From Candidatus Cloacimonadales bacterium (GTDB lineage Bacteria; Cloacimonadota; Cloacimonadia; Cloacimonadales; JAFGVF01): DNA of 64,000 nt. The position numbers and the translations under genes were made by a program. This document shows positions 10,871 through 20,315 of the stretch, piece by piece; positions within the stretch are counted from its first letter, which is position 1; each line of letters starts with the position of its first letter. Under the pieces are notes generated by a model. It was not told the origin of the DNA and ran no database searches. It saw only the letters and a list, made by a program, of their open reading frames with translations. The stretch spans positions 640,001 through 704,000 of the forward strand of contig OY782781.1 in NCBI GenBank assembly GCA_963678315.1. The letters run 5' to 3'.

Positions 10871-11479
10871 TTAAAATAGTAAATCTTTTATCCACTTTTG
10901 AACATGCTCAATCCCCATCTTTTTTATCGATGAAAAAGGATATACTTCTTGACCATGTAAGTCAAATTCTCTTCTTATTCTAGCCAATTCTTTAGGTATG
11001 GTAGTCTTTTTTATCTTATCACATTTGGTAGCAATCAAGCAAAAAGGAATACCTGATTGAACTAGTAAATCCTTCATTAACAAGTCTTTTGGATCTGCCT
11101 TTCTTCTTACATCGACTAATAGAGCTATCCCTTTTAATTGATATCTCTCCTCAAAGTAAGTTGCAATCATCCTCTTCCAGGAATCTCTTTCTTTTTGAGA
11201 AACTTTAGCAAAACCATATCCCGGCAAATCTGTAATAGTAAAGTATGCTGATTCTTCAGAATTATCAAGTTTTACTCTAATTTCAAAAGTGTTCAACAAT
11301 CTAGTTTTACCAGGTTTACCTGATGTCTTAGCTAGTAATTTCCTATTTAGGATAGTGTTTATCATAGTAGATTTACCCACATTGGAACGACCAGCAAAAG
11401 CTATCTCGCCAAATACTGTCTCAGGATAATCTTTAGGATGAACTGCAGATTTAACAAATTTAGAATCTAATATACGCAT
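10871..11479 (-). CDS. engB: Ribosome biogenesis GTPase EngB/YihA/YsxC
   Basis: GRSNVGKS, PGKTR, DLPGYG, TKCDK. Confidence 0.95.
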   Translation of the reverse strand: MRILDSKFVKSAVHPKDYPETVFGEIAFAGRSNVGKSTMINTILNRKLLAKTSGKPGKTRLLNTFEIRVKLDNSEESAYFTITDLPGYGFAKVSQKERDSWKRMIATYFEERYQLKGIALLVDVRRKADPKDLLMKDLLVQSGIPFCLIATKCDKIKKTTIPKELARIRREFDLHGQEVYPFSSIKKMGIEHVQKWIKDLLF

Positions 11480-11481
11480 AG

Positions 11482-11850
11482 TTATTCTGAGTAAACTACA
11501 GATGACTTTTCAGATTCCCAAACTTCAATTTCTGCTACTTGACAACCATCTATATCAACCATGCTTTTAAGTCTGTGGTATAGATACTTAGCTATGTTTT
11601 CAGAAGTAGGATTAATCTCATCAAAAGGTTTTATATCATTTAAATTCTTGTGATCCAACTCAGTCATTAAATCATCTAACCATTTCTTAGCTAGAGTAAA
11701 ATCTACTGCCATTCCAAGCTCATCTACTTTTTGACAGTTAAGTGCTATTCTTACCTTCCAGTTGTGACCATGCAAATTCTTGCATAATCCAGGATATTCT
11801 CTCAAGCTATGAGCAGCTGAGAAATGTGATGTCACGTTTATTTTATACAT
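11482..11850 (-). CDS. queD: 6-carboxy-5,6,7,8-tetrahydropterin synthase
   Basis: FSAAH, CKNLHGHNW, LDH, PTSENIA. Confidence 0.92.
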   Translation of the reverse strand: MYKINVTSHFSAAHSLREYPGLCKNLHGHNWKVRIALNCQKVDELGMAVDFTLAKKWLDDLMTELDHKNLNDIKPFDEINPTSENIAKYLYHRLKSMVDIDGCQVAEIEVWESEKSSVVYSE

Positions 11851-11949
11851 TCTATTCTCCTAGGTTATATTCTCTTATTTACTATATATTTATACAATTT
11901 TACATAATCATTTTCAACTGCGTAAATGTCAAATAAATTTTCATTTCAA

Positions 11950-12213
11950 CCTTACTGGCCTTCTGCATAAAAAGGCAATTTAATGCAGGAGACCAATAAC
12001 CCAAAGTAACTAGAAAATAAAATAAGGCGTGAAGCCGAAGCTTCACGCCTTATGTGTATGCTATTTTGACGTTATGGACTATTTATCACTAGTAGTGGAG
12101 TGTAAGCATCCACCAATAGGTTGAAGGAACTTCATGCTTACGCAAAGATAAGCACATTGTAGAGACCTTTAACAAAACGTCTCAATCGCAAGCTAGAAGC
12201 TTACAACCCTAGT
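11950..12213. repeat. Intergenic hairpin mosaic (cluster B)
   Basis: 51-bp palindrome 11950-12000; ggagtgtaagcat..atgcttacgc; GTAG-REP 12159-12183; gcaagc-tagaa-gcttac-aaccc. Confidence 0.8.
12014..12053 (-). terminator. Intrinsic terminator downstream of the 762-aa gene
   Basis: Perfect 14-bp stem ataaggcgtgaagc/gcttcacgccttat with a C(UUCG)G loop and U tract on the minus strand. Confidence 0.8.
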
Positions 12214-12816
12214 TTATTTCAATTTAAGAACCTTATAAGCTTTTGTTTGTGATGGAGTAGTCATTCTAAAGAAGTAGATGCCATTAGCAGTTTTATTTCC
12301 TTTTGAATCATTACCATTCCATTCGAAAGTATGGTTACCAGCTGAGAAGCTTTCTCTTTTCACTACTTGTCCTAATAGGTTATATACTGTTACACTTGCA
12401 GTCTCCCCATCTTTTACTCGTAAATCAGCTTGTGTGTTTCCTGCAAATGGTGATGGGTATGGATTACCTAAAAGTGTTTCTGTAGGAAGTTGAGGACTAT
12501 CTTCACCAGCTTTAACTTCAACCATGAATGCGTGACTTAGTTCTACTTCATTAGAGAGTTCTCTTGTTTCTAACCAATAGTAGTATCTTCCAGCTGTTAC
12601 TTCATCATCTACAAATGAATATTCAGAAGTTTGACTTGTATTATTAGGAGCAATCATTGAGCTGTTAACTCTTACAGAGTTTTCTACATTCTCAGTTTCA
12701 GCTCTAAGCACATTGAAGCCTAAAAGATTTGATTCTGATTCTGTTACCCAGTTGATTGATACATACTCATCAGAGTAGGCTACAGCATTGAAAGAAGAAA
12801 GGGTTACAGGAAGGGT
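12200..12816. repeat. Direct repeat copy 1 (C-terminal cassette of paralog 1)
   Basis: Near-identical to 17211-17827 (offset 5011 bp); similarity stops at the TLPVTLSSF codons. Confidence 0.9.
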
Positions 12817-14502
12817 TTGATTTTCTACATTATTAGTAATAACAATATCAACATCACCTTTTGAACCATCAGTGTAATTAACCATTAAATAAATGAGACC
12901 TTCAGCGGCAATTGCCCACATTCCACCTTCAACATTACCTTTCATGCCTACCATAGTCAATTCAACACCATTAGCATATACATGAGGTGAATTCGTATAC
13001 CAATCCATTGTAAATACTTCACTGTAAAATTCTATGTTAAACGATCCTGTCACATCAAAGTTATAGGAAAAAGCAGCTAGTGACTGGTATGGAAGATTGT
13101 TAGGTAGTGTTTCTGGCACAACTAAGTCACTTGCTTGACTACCATCAGGACTAGTAATGATTACTTGAGAAACTGGATTATTAGCATTTGGGTTATCTGA
13201 GACATCAACTCCAGCTATTGTACTGAAGTTAATTGTTACTGGATCACCTGATTGGTCAGTTCTTACTCCACTAATATTATTTATAGCATAAGTAGTATAT
13301 TCAATGATATATTCAGTTCCATAATCAAGTCCCAGATCAGCCACTTCTATACTTGAAGTTTCAGAAGTTGTATTAAAAACGGTATCTCCACTATCTGCAT
13401 CTTTTATGGTTAAAACATAATAGTTATCATGATTATCAGAAGAATATCCTCCACTCATATTAATGTTATCATGAAGGAAACTGACATTAATAGCTCCATC
13501 ATCAGGGTCAAGAATACCATAATTATCTATTACTAATTCTTCAACCTTAAAATAATGTACATCAGGCTCAAAGTCAATTGGATACAACTTTTCTCCGGTA
13601 GTATTGTTTTCAAAGTATGGTTTAACATACCAAGCATAATCACAATCATAAATAAGACTCAAGAAGTGCCAATTAGATTGCGTAGTGGTTCGTGGTTGAC
13701 CAAAATTATATTCCATTGTTTCATAATTCTTAATACAATAATAGAATTCATAACCACCACTATATCCTGGATCAGGAGAATTTGCAAAATCCTCCCAGTC
13801 TAGGGTAGGACTTAAATCAACATCTGTAGCATAATTGCTAGGAGAGACATACACAACATCTAATGGATGAGTTGGTTCTGCTTCCACAGTATATTCAAAT
13901 CTAATGAAAGGTTTATATTTTTCTGGGGGTGTAGCCATTCTGTTTGTGCCTTTTGCAACTACATCTCCGGGAAAAGATGTGCTACTTTCATCAAGAGCAG
14001 AGACATATGTTCCTGTATCCACTACATTAAATCTGGGATATCCTGGCTGGTTTACTCCATGCCTATTTTCCCAGTATACAATAATATTCCCGCTACCATC
14101 ATATTCAAATGCTGTGTCTAATTCGATAGTAATCCAAGAACCAGCATCTCCATTAAAAACTATTGTGCCAGAATATACTTCAGTTGCCCCAGCAGTAACA
14201 GGATTCTCATAAGAAGTATCAGAAGCTGTAGTGGACAAATCAGTATAACCAATATAAATAGTCTGATTATTACTAGTAAAGTTGCTAATATCATTTCCTA
14301 ACTGGTAAGATAGCTTTGTTATGTTGCATTGTGTGTAATTTAAATCCTCTCCATTATAGATTGTTCTTCCCCAACTATATGCCCAATATTCATTTACTGG
14401 GACATTGTTATTAATTCTAGCTTCTCCACTAACTTCAAAAAATTCCGCATTTGCAATAACACAGGTCATTAACACCAATAAAAGAATAAAACATTTCTTC
14501 AT
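12214..14502 (-). CDS. Secreted multidomain beta-rich/Ig-like protein with C-terminal FlgD-Ig/T9SS-like module (paralog 1)
   Basis: Signal peptide; N-terminal domain homologous to that of 17225..19081; TLPVTLSSF ... NPYPSPF ... GIYFFRM C-terminus. Confidence 0.8.
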   Translation of the reverse strand: MKKCFILLLVLMTCVIANAEFFEVSGEARINNNVPVNEYWAYSWGRTIYNGEDLNYTQCNITKLSYQLGNDISNFTSNNQTIYIGYTDLSTTASDTSYENPVTAGATEVYSGTIVFNGDAGSWITIELDTAFEYDGSGNIIVYWENRHGVNQPGYPRFNVVDTGTYVSALDESSTSFPGDVVAKGTNRMATPPEKYKPFIRFEYTVEAEPTHPLDVVYVSPSNYATDVDLSPTLDWEDFANSPDPGYSGGYEFYYCIKNYETMEYNFGQPRTTTQSNWHFLSLIYDCDYAWYVKPYFENNTTGEKLYPIDFEPDVHYFKVEELVIDNYGILDPDDGAINVSFLHDNINMSGGYSSDNHDNYYVLTIKDADSGDTVFNTTSETSSIEVADLGLDYGTEYIIEYTTYAINNISGVRTDQSGDPVTINFSTIAGVDVSDNPNANNPVSQVIITSPDGSQASDLVVPETLPNNLPYQSLAAFSYNFDVTGSFNIEFYSEVFTMDWYTNSPHVYANGVELTMVGMKGNVEGGMWAIAAEGLIYLMVNYTDGSKGDVDIVITNNVENQTLPVTLSSFNAVAYSDEYVSINWVTESESNLLGFNVLRAETENVENSVRVNSSMIAPNNTSQTSEYSFVDDEVTAGRYYYWLETRELSNEVELSHAFMVEVKAGEDSPQLPTETLLGNPYPSPFAGNTQADLRVKDGETASVTVYNLLGQVVKRESFSAGNHTFEWNGNDSKGNKTANGIYFFRMTTPSQTKAYKVLKLK

Positions 14503-14558
14503 AACGTCTCCTTTGTTTTTTATAAAAGTTTATTTGTTAGTTACATTCTATATATAAT

Positions 14559-14574
14559 AGCAATATTGCGACCA
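14559..14574 (-). promoter_or_regulatory. Putative sigma54 (-24/-12) promoter of paralog 1
   Basis: Minus strand TGGTCGCAATATTGCT = GG-N10-GC, 57-72 bp upstream of the ATG, divergent from a bEBP gene. Confidence 0.7.
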
Positions 14575-14668
14575 CAGTTTAAAGAAATATTATTATTTTC
14601 TATATTACTGTTATATATAGACTTACATCTTCAACTACACTTATTCATAATCCAGTTTAAAAAACATA

Positions 14669-14719
14669 TTGACAGAATGAGCGTTTTCGCTGTTCAATAA
14701 CGCCATAGTGTGCGAAAAC
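14669..14719. promoter_or_regulatory. Candidate bEBP upstream activator sequence overlapping the bEBP's own sigma70-like -35
   Basis: AGCG-TTTT-CGCT palindrome (14680-14691); gttttcgc/gcgaaaac inverted repeat (14683-14719); TTGACA at 14669. Confidence 0.4.
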
Positions 14720-14732
14720 TAAGGAGCTATTT

Positions 14733-17042
14733 ATGACGGAATTATTAAGGAAAATAGATGATGCAAGCAGGCTTGAGCAGTTTGAGATATATTTAGAGAT
14801 TTTTACCAAATGTTTTAATCAAAGAGACATGAAAATCTTTACTTACTTTGATGAGTTTTTATTAAAATGGCAAGAATTTTTGAGCTTTGAGAAAAAGCCT
14901 AACAAGCAAGTTAGAAACCTTATTAGTAAAGATTTTGAACTTTTCTTTAGATTTATTAGAGCTTCAAACAATCTTGATGCCTTTAACAAATTTCTACCTG
15001 TCTTTCTAGACAATGAAAAGTATTTAAGTAACTATTTCTACCTAGCTAATATCTATGACTATTTTGGATATTTAATGTGGTTAAAGCATGACATTAAGGC
15101 TGGAGTAGATTACTTACTTAAAGCTCTAGATATAGCAAATAAGCACTGCAAACCCAACGAGCTTCCTGGACGTTATACTAATTTAGGCTATCTTTATGAA
15201 GTTGTTGGAGACCTTAGTAAAGCTGAATATTATTATAACGAAGGCTTAGATTTTGCTCTTAAATTCAATTCTATTAATGCCTTAAAATTAGCTTATAATG
15301 CTATGGGAAGACTATATATTGGCAAAAACTTATTTGACAAGGCTATTGAATATTTTGAAGATAGCTTGAGTCTTTATGATAGGGAAAAAGATGTTGATAA
15401 GGTAACAGTAATTAACAACCTTGCAATGTGTTATAGAGCTATTGATGATAATAAAAGAGCTAAAACTCTCTATGAAAGTCTTGATAAAGAATGGTTATTA
15501 CAAAAAGACCCAGAATTATATTTTTCCGTGCAAACTAATCTAGGAAATATTCTTAGCACCTACAAAGACTTCAAGCAAGCAGAAGAGAAATTTCTAAAAT
15601 CTTTAGACTTTGCAGAAAAAGTTAAGGCACTCGACCAAGTTATTTCTATCTATATTAGCCTGGGAAATCTATATAATAGTACAGATAGAAAGGAACAAGG
15701 TATTGAAATTCTTGAAAAGGCACTTCATCTTAGTATAGAAAGCAAAAATCACAGAAAGCTAAAATCTATATATGCTGACTTTGCAGACATCTATATAGAA
15801 CAAAACGAATATGAGCTTGCTCTTTCATATATTGAAAAATTAATTGAGATAGCTGAAGAAGTTAATAATTCTGCTTTCCAAATAGAAACACTTAAAAAAC
15901 AAGCATTTTGCTATGAAAAACTTAAAGATTATAAGAAAGCATGTACTTGTTACAACAAACTTTATAAAATGCAGGCACAAGTCGAAGAAGAGAAAAAAGC
16001 CAAGATGAGAAAAGACGAGCTCAAACTGGTAGGCAAAAGCAAAAGAAAACACTTCATTTTCCAAGGAAATGATTCCCTTATTTCTAGAGAATTATCTGCA
16101 AAAATTGGAACAAACCTTATTGGTAAAGATCCTGCCATGCAGACCCTTATCAATAAAGTTTTGCTAGCTTCTTCAAACTGCGATGCATCTATTCTTATCA
16201 GAGGAGAATCGGGAACTGGCAAAGATATTATTGCCCGAATCATTCATTATTCTAGTCTTAGAAAAGAACATCCTTTCATTGCTGTTAACTCTGGTTCTTT
16301 CTCTCCAGGAATAGTTAATTCTGCATTATTTGGCCACAAGAAAGGTGCATTTACTGGGGCTGTAACCGACCATGTTGGTTATTTTGAAGCTGCGAAAGGT
16401 GGTACCATATTCATGGACGAGATCGGAGAAATGCCTCAAGATATTCAAATTGCTCTCTTGCGTGTTCTTGAAGATAAGAAAGTGCTTCCAATTGGTTCAA
16501 CTAAAGCTATTCCAGTCAATTTTAGACTTATTTCTGCTACGAATGTCGATATCAATGAAGAAGTAAAACAAGGCAAGTTAAGGCTGGATTTCCTTAATAG
16601 AATCAACACTGTTGAAATTAATGTACCTGCCCTTCGAGAAAGAAAAGATGATATTCCTGTACTTGTTGAAGCTTTCTTAGATGAGATCTCTCTCAAAATG
16701 AAGATTAAAAAACCAAAATTTTCCATTTCTGCTCTAAGAACCTTAATGAGTTACGACTTTCCAGGCAATGTTAGAGAACTCAGAAATATGATTGAAAATC
16801 TTATGATTTTTAATGATAAAAAAGAAATTACACCTGATGATATTTATAATCTAAGTCTGAAACTCCATACAAGCATTGATGCTTCTAATAATCTTCCAAC
16901 CTTAAATTTAGAGGTACTAGAAAAAAATGCTATCATAAGAGCTATGAAAGATTCTAATAATGTTAAAACTTCTGCAGCAAAATTGCTAGGAATAACACCT
17001 TATGCACTTCACAGAAGAATTGTAAAATATGGGTTAGTTTAG
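14733..17042 (+). CDS. Sigma54-dependent enhancer-binding protein with N-terminal TPR array and Fis-type HTH
   Basis: About 430 aa of TPR-like repeats (e.g. YTNLGYLY, YNAMGRLY, NNLAMCY, TNLGNIL); GESGTGKD Walker A; GAFTGA; FMDEIGE; FPGNVRELRN; C-terminal AAKLLGI HTH. Confidence 0.92.
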   Translation: MTELLRKIDDASRLEQFEIYLEIFTKCFNQRDMKIFTYFDEFLLKWQEFLSFEKKPNKQVRNLISKDFELFFRFIRASNNLDAFNKFLPVFLDNEKYLSNYFYLANIYDYFGYLMWLKHDIKAGVDYLLKALDIANKHCKPNELPGRYTNLGYLYEVVGDLSKAEYYYNEGLDFALKFNSINALKLAYNAMGRLYIGKNLFDKAIEYFEDSLSLYDREKDVDKVTVINNLAMCYRAIDDNKRAKTLYESLDKEWLLQKDPELYFSVQTNLGNILSTYKDFKQAEEKFLKSLDFAEKVKALDQVISIYISLGNLYNSTDRKEQGIEILEKALHLSIESKNHRKLKSIYADFADIYIEQNEYELALSYIEKLIEIAEEVNNSAFQIETLKKQAFCYEKLKDYKKACTCYNKLYKMQAQVEEEKKAKMRKDELKLVGKSKRKHFIFQGNDSLISRELSAKIGTNLIGKDPAMQTLINKVLLASSNCDASILIRGESGTGKDIIARIIHYSSLRKEHPFIAVNSGSFSPGIVNSALFGHKKGAFTGAVTDHVGYFEAAKGGTIFMDEIGEMPQDIQIALLRVLEDKKVLPIGSTKAIPVNFRLISATNVDINEEVKQGKLRLDFLNRINTVEINVPALRERKDDIPVLVEAFLDEISLKMKIKKPKFSISALRTLMSYDFPGNVRELRNMIENLMIFNDKKEITPDDIYNLSLKLHTSIDASNNLPTLNLEVLEKNAIIRAMKDSNNVKTSAAKLLGITPYALHRRIVKYGLV

Positions 17043-17058
17043 CTTATTTTTTCCTCAC

Positions 17059-17223
17059 CCTTACTGCCCTCCTTGAAAAAAACCATTTTTTCAAGGAGGC
17101 AAGTAAGGAAGGACTGTGACAGGCGAAGACTGTTGCTTGCAATTTGAAGCCGGCTATCCGGCAGTAGCCGGACTAAAGGCCCAGCGTTCCCAGTAATAGT
17201 AAGCAAGTAACTTACAATCCTAG
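17059..17223. repeat. Intergenic hairpin mosaic (cluster C)
   Basis: 50-bp palindrome 17059-17108; ggactgtgacaggcgaagactgttgcttgc; gccggctatccggcagtagccggactaaaggc..gcgttcccagta. Confidence 0.8.
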
Positions 17224-17827
17224 TTTATTTCAATTTAAGAACCTTATAAGATTTTGTTTGTGATGGAGTAGTCATTCTAAAGAAGTAAATGCCACTTGCA
17301 GTCTTATTTCCTTTTGAATCATTACCATTCCATTCGAATGTGTGGTTTCCAGCAGAGAAGCTTTCTCTCTTCACTACTTGCCCTAATAGGTTATAAACAG
17401 TTACACTTGCAGTCTCACCATCTTTAACTCGTAAATCAGCTTGTGTGTTTCCTGCAAATGGTGAAGGATATGGGTTACCTAGAAGTGTTTCTGTAGGAAG
17501 TTGAGGACTATCATCACCAGCTTTAACTTCAACCATGAATGCTTGACTTAGCTCAACTTCATTAGAGAGTTCTCTTGTTTCTAACCAGTAGTAATAAATC
17601 CCTGCTGTTACTTCATCATCTACAAATGAATACTCAGAAGTTTGACTTGTATTATTAGGAGCAATCATTGAGCTGTTAACTCTTACAGAGTTTTCTACAT
17701 TCTCACTTTCAGCTCTAAGCACATTGAAGCCTAAAAGATTTGATTCTGATTCTGTTACCCAGTTGATTGATACATATTCATCAGAGTAGGCTACAGCATT
17801 GAAAGAAGAAAGGGTTACAGGAAGGGT
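17211..17827. repeat. Direct repeat copy 2 (C-terminal cassette of paralog 2)
   Basis: Near-identical to 12200-12816. Confidence 0.9.
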
Positions 17828-19081
17828 ATTATCTTCAAGATTAGTGACAACAATATCTTTCTCACCTTTAGAACCATCATAGTAGTATTCAATGCCAAGT
17901 CCTCCACCTTCTACACCTATCCATTCCACTGCATATACTAACTCATTACCACCAATATATAAATGAGCATTTCCATTTATGATATCATCAGTGAAAAGTT
18001 GTGATTCAATTAATATTGTATAGTCTCCAATAAGATCAAAGTCATAGCTACAAGCCACTAATGGCTGATAATCATAATCTGTTGGAAGTTCTGCTAAAAT
18101 CTGAGGAACATTTGGTATAGCGTTGTCAGGAATTACTATTTCAATATCTGTAATCGGATTTTCTTCAACTGGTGTATCAGGAGCAGCACCAGCTAAAGTG
18201 TAGAAAGTAACTATTTCAGGGTTCTCTGTAGGATAAATTTTAACTAAATCTTTTTCATAAAATGGCTTAACTGAACAGGTGTATGATGTTGAATAATCTA
18301 CCCTACCTTCAAGAGCATAAGAATTGCCATCTACAACATCTATTTGCTCACCATTAAAGATTATTTCATAGCCTCTGTTATATCCTTCTAAGATCGGAAG
18401 TTCATTCCAACTTAAGTATGCGTCTAATCTTACGTTAACTTCATTATTTTGAGGATTAACTATGTCTACAAGAGGACATTCTGGCTCAGGACTATTTTCA
18501 ATATTGAATCTAATATTAGGTTTGTAGTCACTTAAAGTGCCATTACTAGTTGGAAAAGATGCATCCAAATATTTATATACAGAAGAATTATTTACATTAT
18601 CACAAAACCATTTTGGGTATCCACCTGCCCAAGAACCATTTCTGTTTTCCCAATAGATTACAATATTATCTGTTCCATTGTATTCAAAATCATTCATATT
18701 GAAATCAATTTCAAACCAATGCGCAGCAGTTCCATTAAAATTAATATTTCCATCAAATACTTTAGTAGCACCATTCAAAAGAGGATTGTCATAAATACTA
18801 TTACTAAAACTACTCGCAGTTTCGTGCTTAATATATATTGTTTGATTTAGCATTTCATAATTATCTGGACTATTATAAAACTGATATTGTAGCCCAGTTA
18901 TTGTGTTAGCCGTATTTTGTAAATCTTCTGCTTTGTAGATTACTTTTGACCAAGTATAACTATAAAAGCCATAGACAGGAACATATTTACTACTACTTGT
19001 TCCTCCACTACATTCAATAAATTCTGCAAAAAGGGATAGACTAAAAACCATAACAAATATGACTACAACAATTTTCTTCAT
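17225..19081 (-). CDS. Secreted multidomain beta-rich protein with C-terminal FlgD-Ig/T9SS-like module (paralog 2)
   Basis: Signal peptide; same architecture as 12214..14502 but a shorter middle; last ~200 aa nearly identical. Confidence 0.8.
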   Translation of the reverse strand: MKKIVVVIFVMVFSLSLFAEFIECSGGTSSSKYVPVYGFYSYTWSKVIYKAEDLQNTANTITGLQYQFYNSPDNYEMLNQTIYIKHETASSFSNSIYDNPLLNGATKVFDGNINFNGTAAHWFEIDFNMNDFEYNGTDNIVIYWENRNGSWAGGYPKWFCDNVNNSSVYKYLDASFPTSNGTLSDYKPNIRFNIENSPEPECPLVDIVNPQNNEVNVRLDAYLSWNELPILEGYNRGYEIIFNGEQIDVVDGNSYALEGRVDYSTSYTCSVKPFYEKDLVKIYPTENPEIVTFYTLAGAAPDTPVEENPITDIEIVIPDNAIPNVPQILAELPTDYDYQPLVACSYDFDLIGDYTILIESQLFTDDIINGNAHLYIGGNELVYAVEWIGVEGGGLGIEYYYDGSKGEKDIVVTNLEDNTLPVTLSSFNAVAYSDEYVSINWVTESESNLLGFNVLRAESENVENSVRVNSSMIAPNNTSQTSEYSFVDDEVTAGIYYYWLETRELSNEVELSQAFMVEVKAGDDSPQLPTETLLGNPYPSPFAGNTQADLRVKDGETASVTVYNLLGQVVKRESFSAGNHTFEWNGNDSKGNKTASGIYFFRMTTPSQTKSYKVLKLK

Positions 19082-19144
19082 AATAACTCCTTTGTTTGTT
19101 TGTTTAAAACTAAATTATTGTTTTACATTCATATTTATCTAATG

Positions 19145-19160
19145 TGCATGATTTAGACCA
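19145..19160 (-). promoter_or_regulatory. Putative sigma54 (-24/-12) promoter of paralog 2
   Basis: Minus strand TGGTCTAAATCATGCA = GG-N10-GC, at nearly the same distance from the ATG as in paralog 1. Confidence 0.65.
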
Positions 19161-19242
19161 CCTGGATAAATATTTATATTTTGTTATGTAACAAATATTT
19201 AGCATTTATGAAGATGAAAAATTGTTTTAATCAAGTATAATC

Positions 19243-19285
19243 AAATCCCGTTTTCGGTATAAGAAAAATCTCAATATCGGGATTT
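19243..19285. promoter_or_regulatory. Candidate tandem UAS for a bEBP
   Basis: Two imperfect copies of AATCCCG-N4-CGGGATT (aatcccgttttcggtata and aatctcaatatcgggatt) 23 bp apart, about 85-125 bp upstream of the -24 element. Confidence 0.45.
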
Positions 19286-19311
19286 ATGCATTTTAATGCT
19301 GAAAATAAGAT

Positions 19312-19503
19312 GAAGTGTAAGCATCCACCGCTAGGTTGAAGGAAGTTCATGCTTATGCAAAGATAAGCCTTCTGTAGAGACGTTTGGAAAAACGTCTCAA
19401 TCGCAAGCGGAATGCTAACAATTTGATGCCGGCTATCCGGCAGTAGCCGGACTAAAGGCACAGCGTTCCCAGTAATAGCAAGCTAAAAGCTTGCAAGCCC
19501 TAG
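19312..19503. repeat. Intergenic hairpin mosaic (cluster D)
   Basis: gtgtaagcat..atgcttatgc; GTAG-REP 19374-19398; gccggctatccggc..gcgttcccagta; gcaagc-taaaa-gcttgc. Confidence 0.8.
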
Positions 19504-20280
19504 CTACTTAGCTCTTTTAAGTAAATTATTAATTCTTTCTTGTGAAAGCTTATTAGACCACAATCCTTCTTCTTTAACATAAGAACCAACTATAACTGCA
19601 TCGGCGTATTGAAGATAAGATTTGATATTATCAGCATTAATACCTGAACCGATCAAGACAGGGATACTAACAGCAGATTTCACAGCTTTAAGCTCTTCTA
19701 TATCAGCACTTACACCTGTAGAAATGCCTGTTACGATAAGGCCATCTGCGTTAAAGAACTGAGCAGCTTTAGCAGTTTCAACAATATCGACATCAGCAGT
19801 AATTGCATGAGCTGAATGTTTCTTCTTGATATCAACAATAACTTTTACATTATCAGCACCTATCTGTTTGCGATAGCGTAATAATTCACCTGCACAAGAA
19901 TTCATTAATCCTTCATCTGCAACATGAGAGAAAACAAAGCCTTCAGCCCTGATAAAATCAGCTCCAGAAGTATAAGCTACAGCAAGAGCTTCTTTGTTAG
20001 CTCCTGCCAGAATTTGTATGCCAAGATTTATATCAAATCTTTTCTTTAATTCATAAGCTAATATTGCCATTGAGGAAGTTATCTCAGGTCCAACGCTATT
20101 GAGCAAATAGGGGGTGTCATGCATGTTTTCTATTATCAGACTAGTGATACCACTATTTAGATAAATTTCAGCCTCTCTTAAGCTAAAATCGATGATTTCT
20201 TGCATTGATTTGTGGTTACGGGGAGTACCAGGTAAAGCTTGAACATGCAACATGCTAATTATATCTTTGTTTAATTTCAT
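19504..20280 (-). CDS. BtpA/SgcQ family TIM-barrel protein
   Basis: MLHVQALPGTP, IIENMHDTPY, ADFIRAEGF, DIKKKH, ADAVIVGS; start placed at ATG 20280. Confidence 0.88.
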   Translation of the reverse strand: MKLNKDIISMLHVQALPGTPRNHKSMQEIIDFSLREAEIYLNSGITSLIIENMHDTPYLLNSVGPEITSSMAILAYELKKRFDINLGIQILAGANKEALAVAYTSGADFIRAEGFVFSHVADEGLMNSCAGELLRYRKQIGADNVKVIVDIKKKHSAHAITADVDIVETAKAAQFFNADGLIVTGISTGVSADIEELKAVKSAVSIPVLIGSGINADNIKSYLQYADAVIVGSYVKEEGLWSNKLSQERINNLLKRAK

Positions 20281-20315
20281 TGTATTTCCTTTTTGTAACA
20301 TCCAGCTATCTTAAT

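Noticed and set aside
12200..17827. Diversity-generating retroelement template/variable repeat pair
   Set aside because: Both copies are coding, differences are not adenine-specific and are mostly synonymous, and no reverse transcriptase is in the window.
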